Source: Pseudomonadota bacterium
GTDB taxonomy: Bacteria > Desulfobacterota > Desulfovibrionia > Desulfovibrionales > Desulfovibrionaceae
DNA length: 64,000 bases
Reading direction: 5' to 3'
Assembly (NCBI GenBank): GCA_044433065.1
Contig: JAWXUA010000001.1
Coordinates: 1,685 to 65,684, forward strand
The notes under the pieces were generated by a model. That model did not search any database. It saw nothing but the letters and a program-made list of their open reading frames with translations, and was not told the DNA's origin. The translations under genes were made by a program, and so were the position numbers. Below are positions 8,524 through 19,100 of the stretch, piece by piece (the first letter of the stretch is position 1; each line of letters starts with the position of its first letter).

Positions 8524-9071
8524 AGTATCCAAAACTCGTTAGCTTTGCGGTGTAAAGCGTCTTCATCATCATGAAAAACTTTATCCGCAAAACAGTTTAT
8601 ATAAAAAGCAGTAGTATCAGTATTTTATGCTGAGCCTTTTCAGGGTTCAGCAAAAAAAGACTTCTGCTCAAAGTGTAAATTCATGCGTTATCTTAGATTG
8701 TAAAAAATGTTTTCCTTTTCAAAAATCAAGAACTTGTTCAAAAAAGCACAAAGCCTAAAAAATATGCATGATTTTAAAAAAAAATGAAAAAATTTTTCAC
8801 AAAAAACTTGGCGCAATCACGAAGTAAAAACATGTAATTTTGCAAAAAATAGAAAAAATCTGCAAAATTGTAGCTTTTTATGAGGTCAGTGTACGGTCAA
8901 AATAGGGAAAAACGGCCTTCAAACCCGTTTTAGCACCAAAAAAAGCAAGAAAAAAGCCCCTTTTGGCCCTGAGTACCCTGTTTTACAAGACCCTAACACC
9001 CCCCTTTTCGACTATTGCTAGCCTGCTGTCAACAAAAGTAGTGCATAAGAACAGTTGTCAAGGAGGCTTTC

Positions 9072-9683
9072 GTGGATTATTGTCTTTCGGCGCAAAAAGA
9101 AAATTGTAAGGACATGAACATGATGACCCGTCAAGAAGCCTTAGCTCTCGTCGAAAAACATAAGCCAGAACAGTTCCTTATCTACCATGCTGTAGCTACA
9201 GAAGCTGTTATGCGCGGTCTTGCCACTCATTTTGGTGAAGATTGTGAATTATGGGGCTTGACTGGTTTGCTCCACGACATTGATTTTCCTGCTACTCGTG
9301 ATGTGCCCGCTGAACATGGTGTGAAAGCCATGGAGCTGATTGGTGATGGCTTGCCAGAGGAAGGGCTCGCCGCCATTCGTGCGCATAATTATGAGTGCAA
9401 CGGACATGTCCCAACCACACGCTTTGATACCGCATTGCGTTGTGGGGAGACGGTCACTGGCCTTATTTCGGCTGCGGCCCTTGTGCGGCCCACAGGTATG
9501 GAAGGCATGAAAGCCTCTAGCCTCAAGAAGAAGATGAAGGATAAAGCCTTTGCCGCCAGCGTTAACCGCGACTGCATCCGCGAATGTGAGAAAATTGGCC
9601 TTGAATTGGGTGACTTTTTGAACATTGCCATTGCGGCTATGACTGACGTGTCGGCAGAAATCGGCCTTGCTCGTAGCGTCTAG
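9072..9683 (+). CDS. HD-domain metal-dependent phosphohydrolase
   Basis: The H...HD signature (GLLHDIDF) is present and the size is typical for the family. The GTG at 9072 has AGGAGG 5 nt upstream. An alternative ATG start lies at about 9114-9120. Confidence 0.8.
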   Translation: MDYCLSAQKENCKDMNMMTRQEALALVEKHKPEQFLIYHAVATEAVMRGLATHFGEDCELWGLTGLLHDIDFPATRDVPAEHGVKAMELIGDGLPEEGLAAIRAHNYECNGHVPTTRFDTALRCGETVTGLISAAALVRPTGMEGMKASSLKKKMKDKAFAASVNRDCIRECEKIGLELGDFLNIAIAAMTDVSAEIGLARSV

Positions 9684-9721
9684 ATTGTTACGCCTAACCC
9701 TGAACAAAAAAGGATTTCACA

Positions 9722-10708
9722 ATGAAACTTTCTTTCATCGTTGTTGCCCATAACGTAAAGCAATACGTTGGCGGTTGCCTCAGCTCCATCCAAAATGCTC
9801 TTGGCGATATCCGTTCCAGTGTTTCTGAGGCGGAACTCATCGTGGTTGACCGCGCTTCTACCGACGGCACTGCTGTTGAAGCTCGCGCCGCTGGTGCTGA
9901 CGCTGTTGTTGACGTTCCTTTTAATGCTGGTTGGGCTGTTGCCGCCAATAAGGGTGTTGAAAAAGCAAGCGGCGATTTGTTGGTTTTCGTTGCTCCTGAA
10001 ACGGTCTTGCAACCTGGTGGCCTTCCACGTCTTCTCGCCTACCTCGACACCAACCCATCTTGCGCTGTTGCTGGTGGTGCTGTGGTTTCGACCTCTGGTG
10101 CTATGTTGAAGGGTGCTCAACGCTTGCCTGGCTTTGTATCCACTGTGACCGGTGCATCTGGCCTTGCAGCAGCATTCCCAAAGACTGTTTTGAATTGGGC
10201 ACAATACGGTGCTTGCAACTTGCAAAGTGCTACCGTTGTTGAAGCTGTTTCCTTTGCCTATGCGGCTATTAAGGCTGATACCTTGAAGGCATTTGGTGGC
10301 TTTGACGCTCGCTTCTTTGACGATTTTGCTGGTGCTGACCTTTGCTACCAAATCAGCCGCAGCATGCCTCGTCCAACCATTGCTTTTGTGCCACAAGCTC
10401 GTGCACAAGTGCAAGGTGAAAGCGCTCTTGCTTGTGAGTGTAGCATGGTTGCCCTTGGTCACAAAGAAGTTGTGCGCCACCGTGTGCGTGGCGAAGCTTT
10501 GTACATGTGGAAGAATGGCGGCATGATTTTCAGCATCGTGAACGCAGCATCAGCCATTGCTTGCCAGTGCTTCCGCTATGTTTACAATGTTGTGCCTGGT
10601 ATTCGTTGCAACAAAGTCCGTGCTCATAGCGGTGTTGTTTTGGGCGAAACCTGCAAGGCTTGCCTTGATACGCAGCTTGGTTCTCAATACCCAGCCACTC
10701 CTTGGTAG
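9722..10708 (+). CDS. Family 2 glycosyltransferase
   Basis: N-terminal LSFIVVAHNV...LIVVDRASTDGT and a rhamnosyltransferase-like GT-A layout. Confidence 0.8.
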   Translation: MKLSFIVVAHNVKQYVGGCLSSIQNALGDIRSSVSEAELIVVDRASTDGTAVEARAAGADAVVDVPFNAGWAVAANKGVEKASGDLLVFVAPETVLQPGGLPRLLAYLDTNPSCAVAGGAVVSTSGAMLKGAQRLPGFVSTVTGASGLAAAFPKTVLNWAQYGACNLQSATVVEAVSFAYAAIKADTLKAFGGFDARFFDDFAGADLCYQISRSMPRPTIAFVPQARAQVQGESALACECSMVALGHKEVVRHRVRGEALYMWKNGGMIFSIVNAASAIACQCFRYVYNVVPGIRCNKVRAHSGVVLGETCKACLDTQLGSQYPATPW

Positions 10709-10710
10709 TA

Positions 10711-10831
10711 CATTCGCTTATTTTGCCTTCTGACTTTGTTAAGGGCGTTTTGGGCTATGGGAGTGTATAGGGACATACACGACCAGAGACCAAAACGCCC
10801 TTTCCTCGTCAGAAAACAAAATAAGCAAATG
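10711..10831. repeat. 121-nt long-stem imperfect palindrome
   Basis: The outer arms, 10711-10734 and 10808-10831, pair at 21 of 24 positions. The inner arms, 10741-10753 and 10790-10802, are a perfect 13 bp. The apical loop is 36 nt. Confidence 0.8.
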
Positions 10832-10873
10832 TACCAAAGCCATCATAGCGCCATAGATAATGATACAAAAAGT

Positions 10874-10897
10874 GAGTCCTTGGGACTCTTTTTTTTT
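10874..10897 (+). terminator. Rho-independent terminator
   Basis: gagtcc-ttg-ggactc hairpin followed by a T9 run. Confidence 0.75.
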
Positions 10898-11023
10898 GTC
10901 CTACTGTATACGGTATATTTCATAGCTTTTTTGTATTTTCTATGCTCCAATGCCATCACTCATATGAAAAGAACTCGAGGAAACCCAGCATCCCCCCTCC
11001 TCAGCACAAAATAAGGAAGACGT

Positions 11024-12367
11024 ATGCAGCAGCTTCATCTTGACACCAGCATAAGCACCCTTGGCCAAGCAAAAATTCCTTCACCGCTCAGCTATTGTCG
11101 CCCTGCCCCAGAAGATGGCTATCCCCTTTTTATTGATGGAGATTGTGCCACGGGTTTTGACGCAGAGCTTGGCACAGGGAAGATTGTTCATTTTGAAGCC
11201 GCTGGCCCACGCCACTCCATGTATTTTGATCCTTCCAAAAGTAAATGCGCTATTGTGACATGCGGTGGCTTATGCCCTGGGATTAACGACGTCATCCGCT
11301 CCATCGTTCTTGAGGCGCATCACTCCTATGCCATTCCATCCATCATTGGTATTCGCTATGGATTACAGGGTTTTATCCCTAAATATAAGCATCCTGTCAT
11401 GGATTTAACGCCAGATGCAGTCACGTCCATCCATCAATTTGGTGGCACCATTCTTGGTTCGTCCCGTGGCCCACAGCCGCCAGAGGACATTGTGGACGCC
11501 TTAGAGCGTATGAATATCAACTGCGTATTCATGATTGGTGGCGACGGAACTTTACGCGCGGCCAAAGCCATTTATACTTGTGTGCAAAATCGGGGACTTA
11601 AGATTGCGATTATCGGCATCCCTAAGACCATCGATAATGACATCAATTTTATTAGCCAATCCTTTGGTTTTGAAACCGCAGTGGACAAGGCCACTGAGGC
11701 CATCCAATGTGCCCACACGGAAGCTATCGGAGCTCCTAATGGTATTGGTCTTGTGAAATTGATGGGCCGTGAATCGGGCTTTATTGCCGTTCAAGCCACC
11801 CTTTCACTGAAGGAAGTCAATTTCCTTTTGGTGCCGGAAGCACCTTTTAGCCTTGAAGGCGAAGGTGGATTTCTGCCAGTCTTGGCACAACGTTTGAAAC
11901 ATCGTGGGCACGCTGTCATTGTGGTGGCGGAGGGTGCTGGGCAACACCTATTGCACGCCAAAAAAATGGCCAATGTGACCCCTATTACTGAAGCTACCGA
12001 CGCTTCGGGCAACAGCATTCTTGGTGATATTGCAAGCCTTTTACGTGAGGAAATATGCCGCTACCTCAAAGAGCTTGGCATGGACCACAATATCAAATTT
12101 ATTGATCCAAGCTATAGCATTCGCTCTATTCCTGCCACAGCAAATGACCGAGTTTATTGTGGATTTCTTGGGCAGCATGCTGTGCATGCGGCCATGGCTG
12201 GGCGCACGGGCATGGTAGTTGCAAGGCTTATGGATCGCTATGTACATTTACCTCTCGACCTTGTGACCAGCCATAGACGCGTGCTCAATACGTGCTCAGA
12301 GCACTGGCGCTCTGTGGCAGCTTTAACGCTTGGGGCATCTCAAAAACAGTCACCTATTCCAAAATAA
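11024..12367 (+). CDS. pfk: 6-phosphofructokinase (PfkA family, long form)
   Basis: Motifs GGLCPGINDVIR, MIGGDGTLRAA, GIPKTIDNDI and MGRESGFIA. RBS AAGGAAG is present. Confidence 0.93.
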   Translation: MQQLHLDTSISTLGQAKIPSPLSYCRPAPEDGYPLFIDGDCATGFDAELGTGKIVHFEAAGPRHSMYFDPSKSKCAIVTCGGLCPGINDVIRSIVLEAHHSYAIPSIIGIRYGLQGFIPKYKHPVMDLTPDAVTSIHQFGGTILGSSRGPQPPEDIVDALERMNINCVFMIGGDGTLRAAKAIYTCVQNRGLKIAIIGIPKTIDNDINFISQSFGFETAVDKATEAIQCAHTEAIGAPNGIGLVKLMGRESGFIAVQATLSLKEVNFLLVPEAPFSLEGEGGFLPVLAQRLKHRGHAVIVVAEGAGQHLLHAKKMANVTPITEATDASGNSILGDIASLLREEICRYLKELGMDHNIKFIDPSYSIRSIPATANDRVYCGFLGQHAVHAAMAGRTGMVVARLMDRYVHLPLDLVTSHRRVLNTCSEHWRSVAALTLGASQKQSPIPK

Positions 12368-12577
12368 AATTTAGCCAGCATCGTGTTTGCCTGTGCGCGG
12401 ATGGTCATAGGCACGTAAATAAATGCTATTTTTATGAACAAAACCCTTGCAAAAAGCTTAGGAATTGATTTATATAAATTTTGCAAGGCTTAGTTCATTG
12501 TTTATGGCGGCTGAATTGTCGATATATATCTTTAGTCCTTGCACCCTTTCCTCTTTAGCGTTTAGCATGGGTCGCAA

Positions 12578-15500
12578 ATGTCAAATAATACACGCTTTTT
12601 TCAAATCAAAGCTTCGGCAGGTTCTGGCAAAACCTACACTCTAACGCAACGTTTTTTGCATTTGCTTGCCCATGCAGAGGAAGGCGATAAGGAAAGCTGG
12701 GCGATTGCGGACTTTAATCGCCCACCACAAGGCCATGTGTTGCCCTATTTATGGACGGATATTCTGGCCATGACTTTCACCAATAGTGCGGCCACGGACA
12801 TGAAAGAGCGTATTCTTTCTGAGTTGAAGGGCCTTGCTTTAGCCAAGCCACATTGCCTTGATACGACGTCTCATAGCCTTGAAACTTCAAGTGATACTTT
12901 AAGTTTAGATATAACTCCTCCATCAATTACAAGGCCTTTACGGCCAGACCAAGCCGCCACATGGGTTAATCGTATTATTCGTCGCTATGGCGCTTTGAAT
13001 ATCCGCACCATTGATAGCCTGTTGACCATGCTTGTGCGCCTTTCAGCCCTCGAGCTTAATTTACCCCCTGATTTTGAGCCAGCCTTTAATAGTAAGGCTT
13101 TTTTTGAACCGCTCATGGATGCCGTTCTTGAAGATGCTCGTCATGAAAGCCACCCTTTGCATCAAACCTTGCACGACGCTTGTAAATCCATCCTATTATA
13201 TAAGGGTGTAGAAGGGCAAAAAGGCTTTACGGCAGGCAAAAAAGTTCGTGATGAATTGCATAATCTTCTTGATTGGCATTTACAGCATAGTCAGCCTTTG
13301 CCAACGGTGCAAAAAGTTGAAATTGAAAAACTTTTAAGGGAATTGTACGACGATCTACGTACTGCTGCTCATGACCTCGTGAGCATAGCCGATGCTGAAG
13401 GGCTTCTTGTGCATGGAACGGCTCGCAAAGGTTTTGATAAATGTGCACAGTTACAATATCCTGATACAATTACCTTTTCTACCTATATTGGAAAAGAGAG
13501 CTTACAAAAATCGCTTATCAAAAAATCTAAAGAACCGTCAGCAGAAGCAGAGCAAGCTTTCTTCCGTCTACAGAAACGGACCCGTGACTTCACAGCTGGT
13601 ATCGTTGTTTTGCGCAAGGTCATGGTCGAGTTGCCGCTTGTGGATTTAGTACGCGAAGTCGTTCAACGTCAAACGCAATTTCAACTGCGTGAGGGCAAAG
13701 TTCCCGCAATCCTCCTGCCAAAACTCGCAAGCCAAGCAGTTACTGGAGAATATGGACCTCCTGTGGCTTTTTGTCGCATGAGTACGCGCTTAGCCCGTAT
13801 TTTTATTGATGAATTTCAGGATACGAGTCGTGATCAGTGGACTGTCATTCAAGCTCTTGGCCTTGAAACCTTAAGCCAAGGTGGGGCTTTGACGCTTATT
13901 GGTGACGTGAAGCAGGCTATTTATGGATGGCGCGGCGGTGATGCTTCGCTCTTTGATCAGGCTTTATCTGATGAAGAGCTTAATAGTGTCAGTGACATAC
14001 GCGAAGAAAATCTTTCCACCAACTGGCGTAGTGCCGCTTCCATTGTGCGGCATAATAACGATGTATTTGGGCTACTTGCGAACAAACAGCATGCCACCAA
14101 TATTTTGAAAACCATGCTGTCTAAGGAAACACCGTGCGACGTGCTGGATGATGCCGTTGACGTTTTATGCAAAGCCTTTGAAAAGTCAGAGCAATTTGTG
14201 GCCCCACGCCATGAAAATATAGATGGTTACGTTGAAATCCACCATATAGAAAGCCCATCAACCCCAGAACTTCATGACGATGTGCGCGAACAAGTGCACG
14301 CTCTCTTCGAAAACAATCTTGCAAAGCGTCATGCTTGGCGTGATATTGCTGTTCTTGTTCGTGGCAATAAACAAGCCAAAGAAGTGGCTCAGTGGCTTAT
14401 GTCATGGGGTATTCCTGTTGTCACGTCCAATAGTTTGCGCCTTGCCGACCACCCCATTATTCGGCAAACTCTCGCCATGCTGAACTTTGTGGACTATCCT
14501 CGTAATGATATTGCTTTTTGGGAATGTGTCACAGGGCAAGAGCTCTTTGTCTCCGTCTCCGGCCATAGTCGACAAACATTTGAAGACTGGCTTGCTACAC
14601 AGAAGCGCTTAGGCCGCAAAGGCCCTCTTTTCACCATGTTCCGCACAGATTTTCCACAGCTTTGGCAGTCCTGTTTTGCACCATTTTATAGCCGCGCAGG
14701 CCTCATGAGTGCGTACGATACTGTGCGTGAAATTTTTTATCGTTATGATGTTTTTGAACGTTATCCACAGGAAGCAGGATTTTTGCGCCGCTTTTTGGAA
14801 GTGGTGTATGGCGCGGAAAGTCAAGGCCATGTGTCCTTATCCACATTTGTTGATTTTTGGCGTACAGAAGCTTCTGACGAAAAGGTCCCCATGCCTGAAG
14901 GGATGGATGCTGTGCGCGTCATGACAATGCATAAATCCAAGGGTTTACAGTTTCCTGTTGTGGTCATTCCATATCATCAAAGTGGCGATAGCAACTTTTC
15001 AAAATTGGTGCATCACAAGATTGAAGAGCATGATGTTGTTCTGCCTGAGTGCAAAGAGCTTGGCCCTGCATACTATGCGGCCAAAGCCACTGAGGCACGT
15101 GAAAAGCTCCATTTATTGTATGTTGCGTGGACGCGTGCAGAGCGAGAGCTTTACGCCTTTGTGACCAATAGCGCTAAAAAACCTCATGTTTTTTCCAATG
15201 CGATTATGGAATTATTGCAAACTTCGCGTACTATACAAGATGGTGAAAATGCCACAGCCTTGGGGACAAATTGTATCGTTTGCCAACGGGGTACGCTATC
15301 GCCTTCTGGTAGGAATTTGCCAGTAAGCGACTGTGAACAAAAAGCCACAAGGCAGCAAGGTGGAGAAATAGCTTCGGAAATAGCTTCAGAAATCACTGAA
15401 GTTTCGGAAGCCACAGAAGTCTTAGCACAAAGTTCAAGGGGCCTTTTAGATGATACTTGGCGCCCCATGCAGTGGTTACCTCGCTTAAAAATCTTCCGTA

Positions 15501-16111
15501 ACGCTTTGCAAGACGTACAATTTAACGAGCGCCAACGCGGCATGCTTGTGCATTCATGCCTTGAACATTTGCGACTTGGTGGACATGCAGGCGAGTTTGA
15601 GCAGGTCAATATTGCGGACCATGTTCTGACAGCAGTGCAAAATGCCATGCGCGCCTTCAGATTGCCAATTCCCGAGCCGCACAAAGTTGAGCAAGAGCTT
15701 ATTCAAATAATTTCATGGTTTGCAAACATTCCAGATGCTCCCTACTGGCTTTCTTATGGCACACCAGAGCAAGGAATTTTGGATACGTATGGCAATCGGC
15801 ACCGAGTTGACTTGCTTGTGGATGATGGTCGTGAGCGTCTCGTTGTGGAGTATAAAACAGGCCAGGCCTCGCCAGACCATGTAGGCCAAGTCCGCAGATA
15901 CCTTAATCTTTTGTCTGCCATGCACCATGGGCAAACGAATGGAACAGGGCAAGCACAAGGAATAGACCAGCTACAGCATCGCCCATGTCGTGGCATCATT
16001 GTCTACCTTGATTTGCAACGCCTTGAATATGTTGACTCTGTTGCGCCCCAAAGTTCAAGCACTGAATTAAGTATTGTTGAAAACCACTGTAACGAGGTTC
16101 GCCATGCATAA
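12578..16111 (+). CDS. addA: UvrD-type helicase fused to a PD-(D/E)XK nuclease (AddA/RecB-like subunit)
   Basis: Walker A ASAGSGKTYTL, DEFQDTS, helicase C motifs, and a C-terminal HRVDLLV...VVEYKTG nuclease motif. Confidence 0.85.
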   Translation: MSNNTRFFQIKASAGSGKTYTLTQRFLHLLAHAEEGDKESWAIADFNRPPQGHVLPYLWTDILAMTFTNSAATDMKERILSELKGLALAKPHCLDTTSHSLETSSDTLSLDITPPSITRPLRPDQAATWVNRIIRRYGALNIRTIDSLLTMLVRLSALELNLPPDFEPAFNSKAFFEPLMDAVLEDARHESHPLHQTLHDACKSILLYKGVEGQKGFTAGKKVRDELHNLLDWHLQHSQPLPTVQKVEIEKLLRELYDDLRTAAHDLVSIADAEGLLVHGTARKGFDKCAQLQYPDTITFSTYIGKESLQKSLIKKSKEPSAEAEQAFFRLQKRTRDFTAGIVVLRKVMVELPLVDLVREVVQRQTQFQLREGKVPAILLPKLASQAVTGEYGPPVAFCRMSTRLARIFIDEFQDTSRDQWTVIQALGLETLSQGGALTLIGDVKQAIYGWRGGDASLFDQALSDEELNSVSDIREENLSTNWRSAASIVRHNNDVFGLLANKQHATNILKTMLSKETPCDVLDDAVDVLCKAFEKSEQFVAPRHENIDGYVEIHHIESPSTPELHDDVREQVHALFENNLAKRHAWRDIAVLVRGNKQAKEVAQWLMSWGIPVVTSNSLRLADHPIIRQTLAMLNFVDYPRNDIAFWECVTGQELFVSVSGHSRQTFEDWLATQKRLGRKGPLFTMFRTDFPQLWQSCFAPFYSRAGLMSAYDTVREIFYRYDVFERYPQEAGFLRRFLEVVYGAESQGHVSLSTFVDFWRTEASDEKVPMPEGMDAVRVMTMHKSKGLQFPVVVIPYHQSGDSNFSKLVHHKIEEHDVVLPECKELGPAYYAAKATEAREKLHLLYVAWTRAERELYAFVTNSAKKPHVFSNAIMELLQTSRTIQDGENATALGTNCIVCQRGTLSPSGRNLPVSDCEQKATRQQGGEIASEIASEITEVSEATEVLAQSSRGLLDDTWRPMQWLPRLKIFRNALQDVQFNERQRGMLVHSCLEHLRLGGHAGEFEQVNIADHVLTAVQNAMRAFRLPIPEPHKVEQELIQIISWFANIPDAPYWLSYGTPEQGILDTYGNRHRVDLLVDDGRERLVVEYKTGQASPDHVGQVRRYLNLLSAMHHGQTNGTGQAQGIDQLQHRPCRGIIVYLDLQRLEYVDSVAPQSSSTELSIVENHCNEVRHA

Positions 16112-19100
16112 GACTCCGTCCCCATTTCAAATTGTGCCGTGGAATACGGATCTTTTACTCAGCATAAAAAACCTTATAGTGCAGATGGTTGACAATCCTT
16201 CTGATGCTGTTGTGATTTTTCCACATAGTCGCCCTGCCCGCCACCTTGTGGAACAATTGCGTCTTGCTGAGGATATACCCAAACCATGCCTTTTGCCGCG
16301 CATGCTCACGGTGCAAGATTTGTGTGGTCTTATGCGTGCGGAACTTCCTAAGCGCCCCCACCGCACTATTGAACTTTTAGACCGAGTGTCCTTGCTCTAT
16401 GAATGTGTTCAGCGTCTTGCACAAAATAATGATGAACTATCTCAGCATCTTAATAAAGGTAGTATGCATCAGTTCTTTCCTTGGGGTGTGCGGCTTGCCT
16501 CGTTAATGGAAGAATTTTTCACGCAGAATATTCAGCCAGCCAACCTTGCTCACGCCGATGGCGAGGTCTCAGCCTTTGCAGCGGCTTTGCTTGCCAATCT
16601 TGGGCATATTTATACAAGCTACGAGGCTGCCCTTGATGCACGCCGTTGGACAACAACTGGGCTCGATGCCCTTCGATCTTGTCAAAATGTACATGCTCTA
16701 CCTCCATCAATATCTAATAAAACCATAATCATAGCTGGTTTTGCAACGCTTAGTGGCACAGAAGAAACCATTTTCAAACATATGTGGCAAAGTGGCATGG
16801 CACATATTGTTCTGCACACAGATCACCGCATTCTGGATGTACTCCATGGCAGGCCAGCGCAGCACCACTGGACGTGTGATGACCATATAAAATGGGTCCG
16901 TTCATGGCGCGCAGATACCATACTTACTTGTCCGCCATCAAAGCACCAAGTGAAGCTTGACTATTGCCAAGGGTATGACTTGCATTCGCAGCTACACGAA
17001 GTAGCCTCCATTTTGGACCAGTTTGGCGACGTGTCCCATTCTGCCGTTGTCCTTCCTGATACAAATTTGCTCATGCCGGTATTACACCACATACCTGATA
17101 AAAACGTTAATATTTCCATGGGATATCCGCTTTCTCGCTCGACATTGTTTCGCCTTTTAGAAACTCTCATGCGCTTACAAGAGCGACGCAAATTAGGAGG
17201 GCAACAAGGCAAAGGTCTATATCATTGGAGCCCTTGCATCGATTTTATCCGACATCCTTATATTAAGATGCTGTCTGTGGAGCCTTGTGATGCTAAGACG
17301 CACGAAGCTGATGCCTCAAGTGCTTCAGACAGTGCTTCCCCTTCAGGGTCTGAGCACCCTTTGATTGAAATTTTGCATGCTGTGGAAGATAAGGTACGTG
17401 AGGGAAGCCGCTTTGTGGACCTTGAGCTGTTGTTCAACGAGGCAATTTTTAGTCAGACAACAGTAAATATGCAGGGCAGCAGCGGTCTTGCTCAGCAAAT
17501 CTCCAGTGCAGAACCCATATCTGAAGAGGCCCGTGAACTCCTTCAAAAAATCCTCACAGCCTGTTTGACTGCTTGGGAACATGCGACGACGCCAGCAAGC
17601 ATTGCCATGGCTATGCAAGAACTTTGTCACGTATTACTGACACATGGTGGGGATTTATGGGATCGCTTCCCCATTGATGGAGAATGTTTATACCGTCTTA
17701 TGGAGCGCGTCATTCCGTCCTTACAAGAATGTTCCCTTAAAGATCAGTATTTTAGCCAAGATGTTCTTTTTAGTATTGTCCGTGAGACTATCCGCAATGA
17801 GCGTGTCCCCTTTGAAGCCGACCCACTTGGTGGTCTGCAAGTACTTGGCATGCTGGAATCTCGCCTTTTGCATTTCAAGAACATCATCGTTTTAGATGCT
17901 ACTGATGATGCCCTACCCGGTTCTGCAGGCCATGACCCACTGCTGCCAGATAGCTTGAGGCCAGCATTAAATTTACCTAATGCGTATCGTCGCGAACGGG
18001 TTACCGCGCACAATTTCCACCGTCTTCTTGCCAGTGCCGAGCATGTTACCTTGTTATGGCAACATAGCGCAGGATCAGGGCTTTTGGACTCTAAACGAAC
18101 GCGTAGCCGTTTTGTAGAAGAGCTTCTTTGGCATGAAGAGTGTAAGCAAGGAAAAATCATACAAGATGGTGACGGTAACGTGCGCGCAATTTCTTGTAGC
18201 GTAGTCCCAACGCCCTTAACTACAGCGGAGCTTGTGAAGACCGCTGCGGTACGCGAGCAGATGATGCATTATCTGCAAAAACCACTAAGCCCTTCTCGCC
18301 TCAATACGTATCTAACGTGCCCATTTCGCTTTTTTCATGAATGTATTTGCGGCCTTAGAGTTCCAGATGCAGTGCACGAAGGTGATGACCCAGCGGCCAT
18401 TGGCGATTTCTTACACCAAACCTTACAAGCCTTTTATGAACCTTGGCGAGGCCGTACCATTAAGGATGGTGATTTACAGGTTGCGGACTTACAGCGTGAG
18501 TTTTTCAAGCAGTTTGAGGCAAGCGACATGCCAGACCGTTTGGCAGCGGATAGCCTCATGATGCTCAAAATCGCAGCCCCCATGCGACTGGCTAGCTATC
18601 TTGAAAATCAACAATCGACCATGATTGTTGAGCTTGAAAGTGTTGTTAGTGCCGATATTATAGTTGATGATTGCACTATCAAGCTTCATGGTCGTATTGA
18701 CCGCGTGGATAAACGTGAAGGTCTTGGGCATGTCATTCTTGACTATAAAAGTGGTTCTGTTACGAGCTTTAGCAACAGTGTATGGAACGATGATGACTTA
18801 TGGATAAAGCTCCAGTCTTGGCATGGGGATACGCAAGAAGGTCCCGATGGCCATGATTTGCTCCTAGAAGTTGGCAAAAAAATATCAAGCATCCAATTGC
18901 CTTGCTACCTATATATGTATGATCAAAGCCATCCTGAAGCCTCTCTTTATGATGCGGCCTATGTAGAATTACGGGATAAAGGCAAAGAACGCGTGCTTTT
19001 TGGATCAACAATTACAGATGAAGACCGTGTATCTGCTATTCAGGAACAAATTCCAACATTGCTCACATTTCTCGTGCGCCACCTTTTATTGACACCGTCG

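Noticed and set aside
9680-10480. Long antisense ORFs. These are 266 aa at 9680-10480, 312 aa at 31331-32269(-), 166 aa at 15184-15684(-), 176 aa at 3704-4234(+) and 189 aa at 26153-26722(+).
   Set aside because: Each lies entirely opposite a gene with strong family motifs (GT2, SNF2, AddA, YccF, Rel). None has a recognisable motif or RBS. Their composition is typical of shadow frames.
10736-11014. 92-aa ORF in the GT2-pfk spacer.
   Set aside because: It starts inside the long palindrome, reads straight through an intrinsic terminator, has no RBS, and has a low-complexity hydrophobic tail from the T-rich terminator region.
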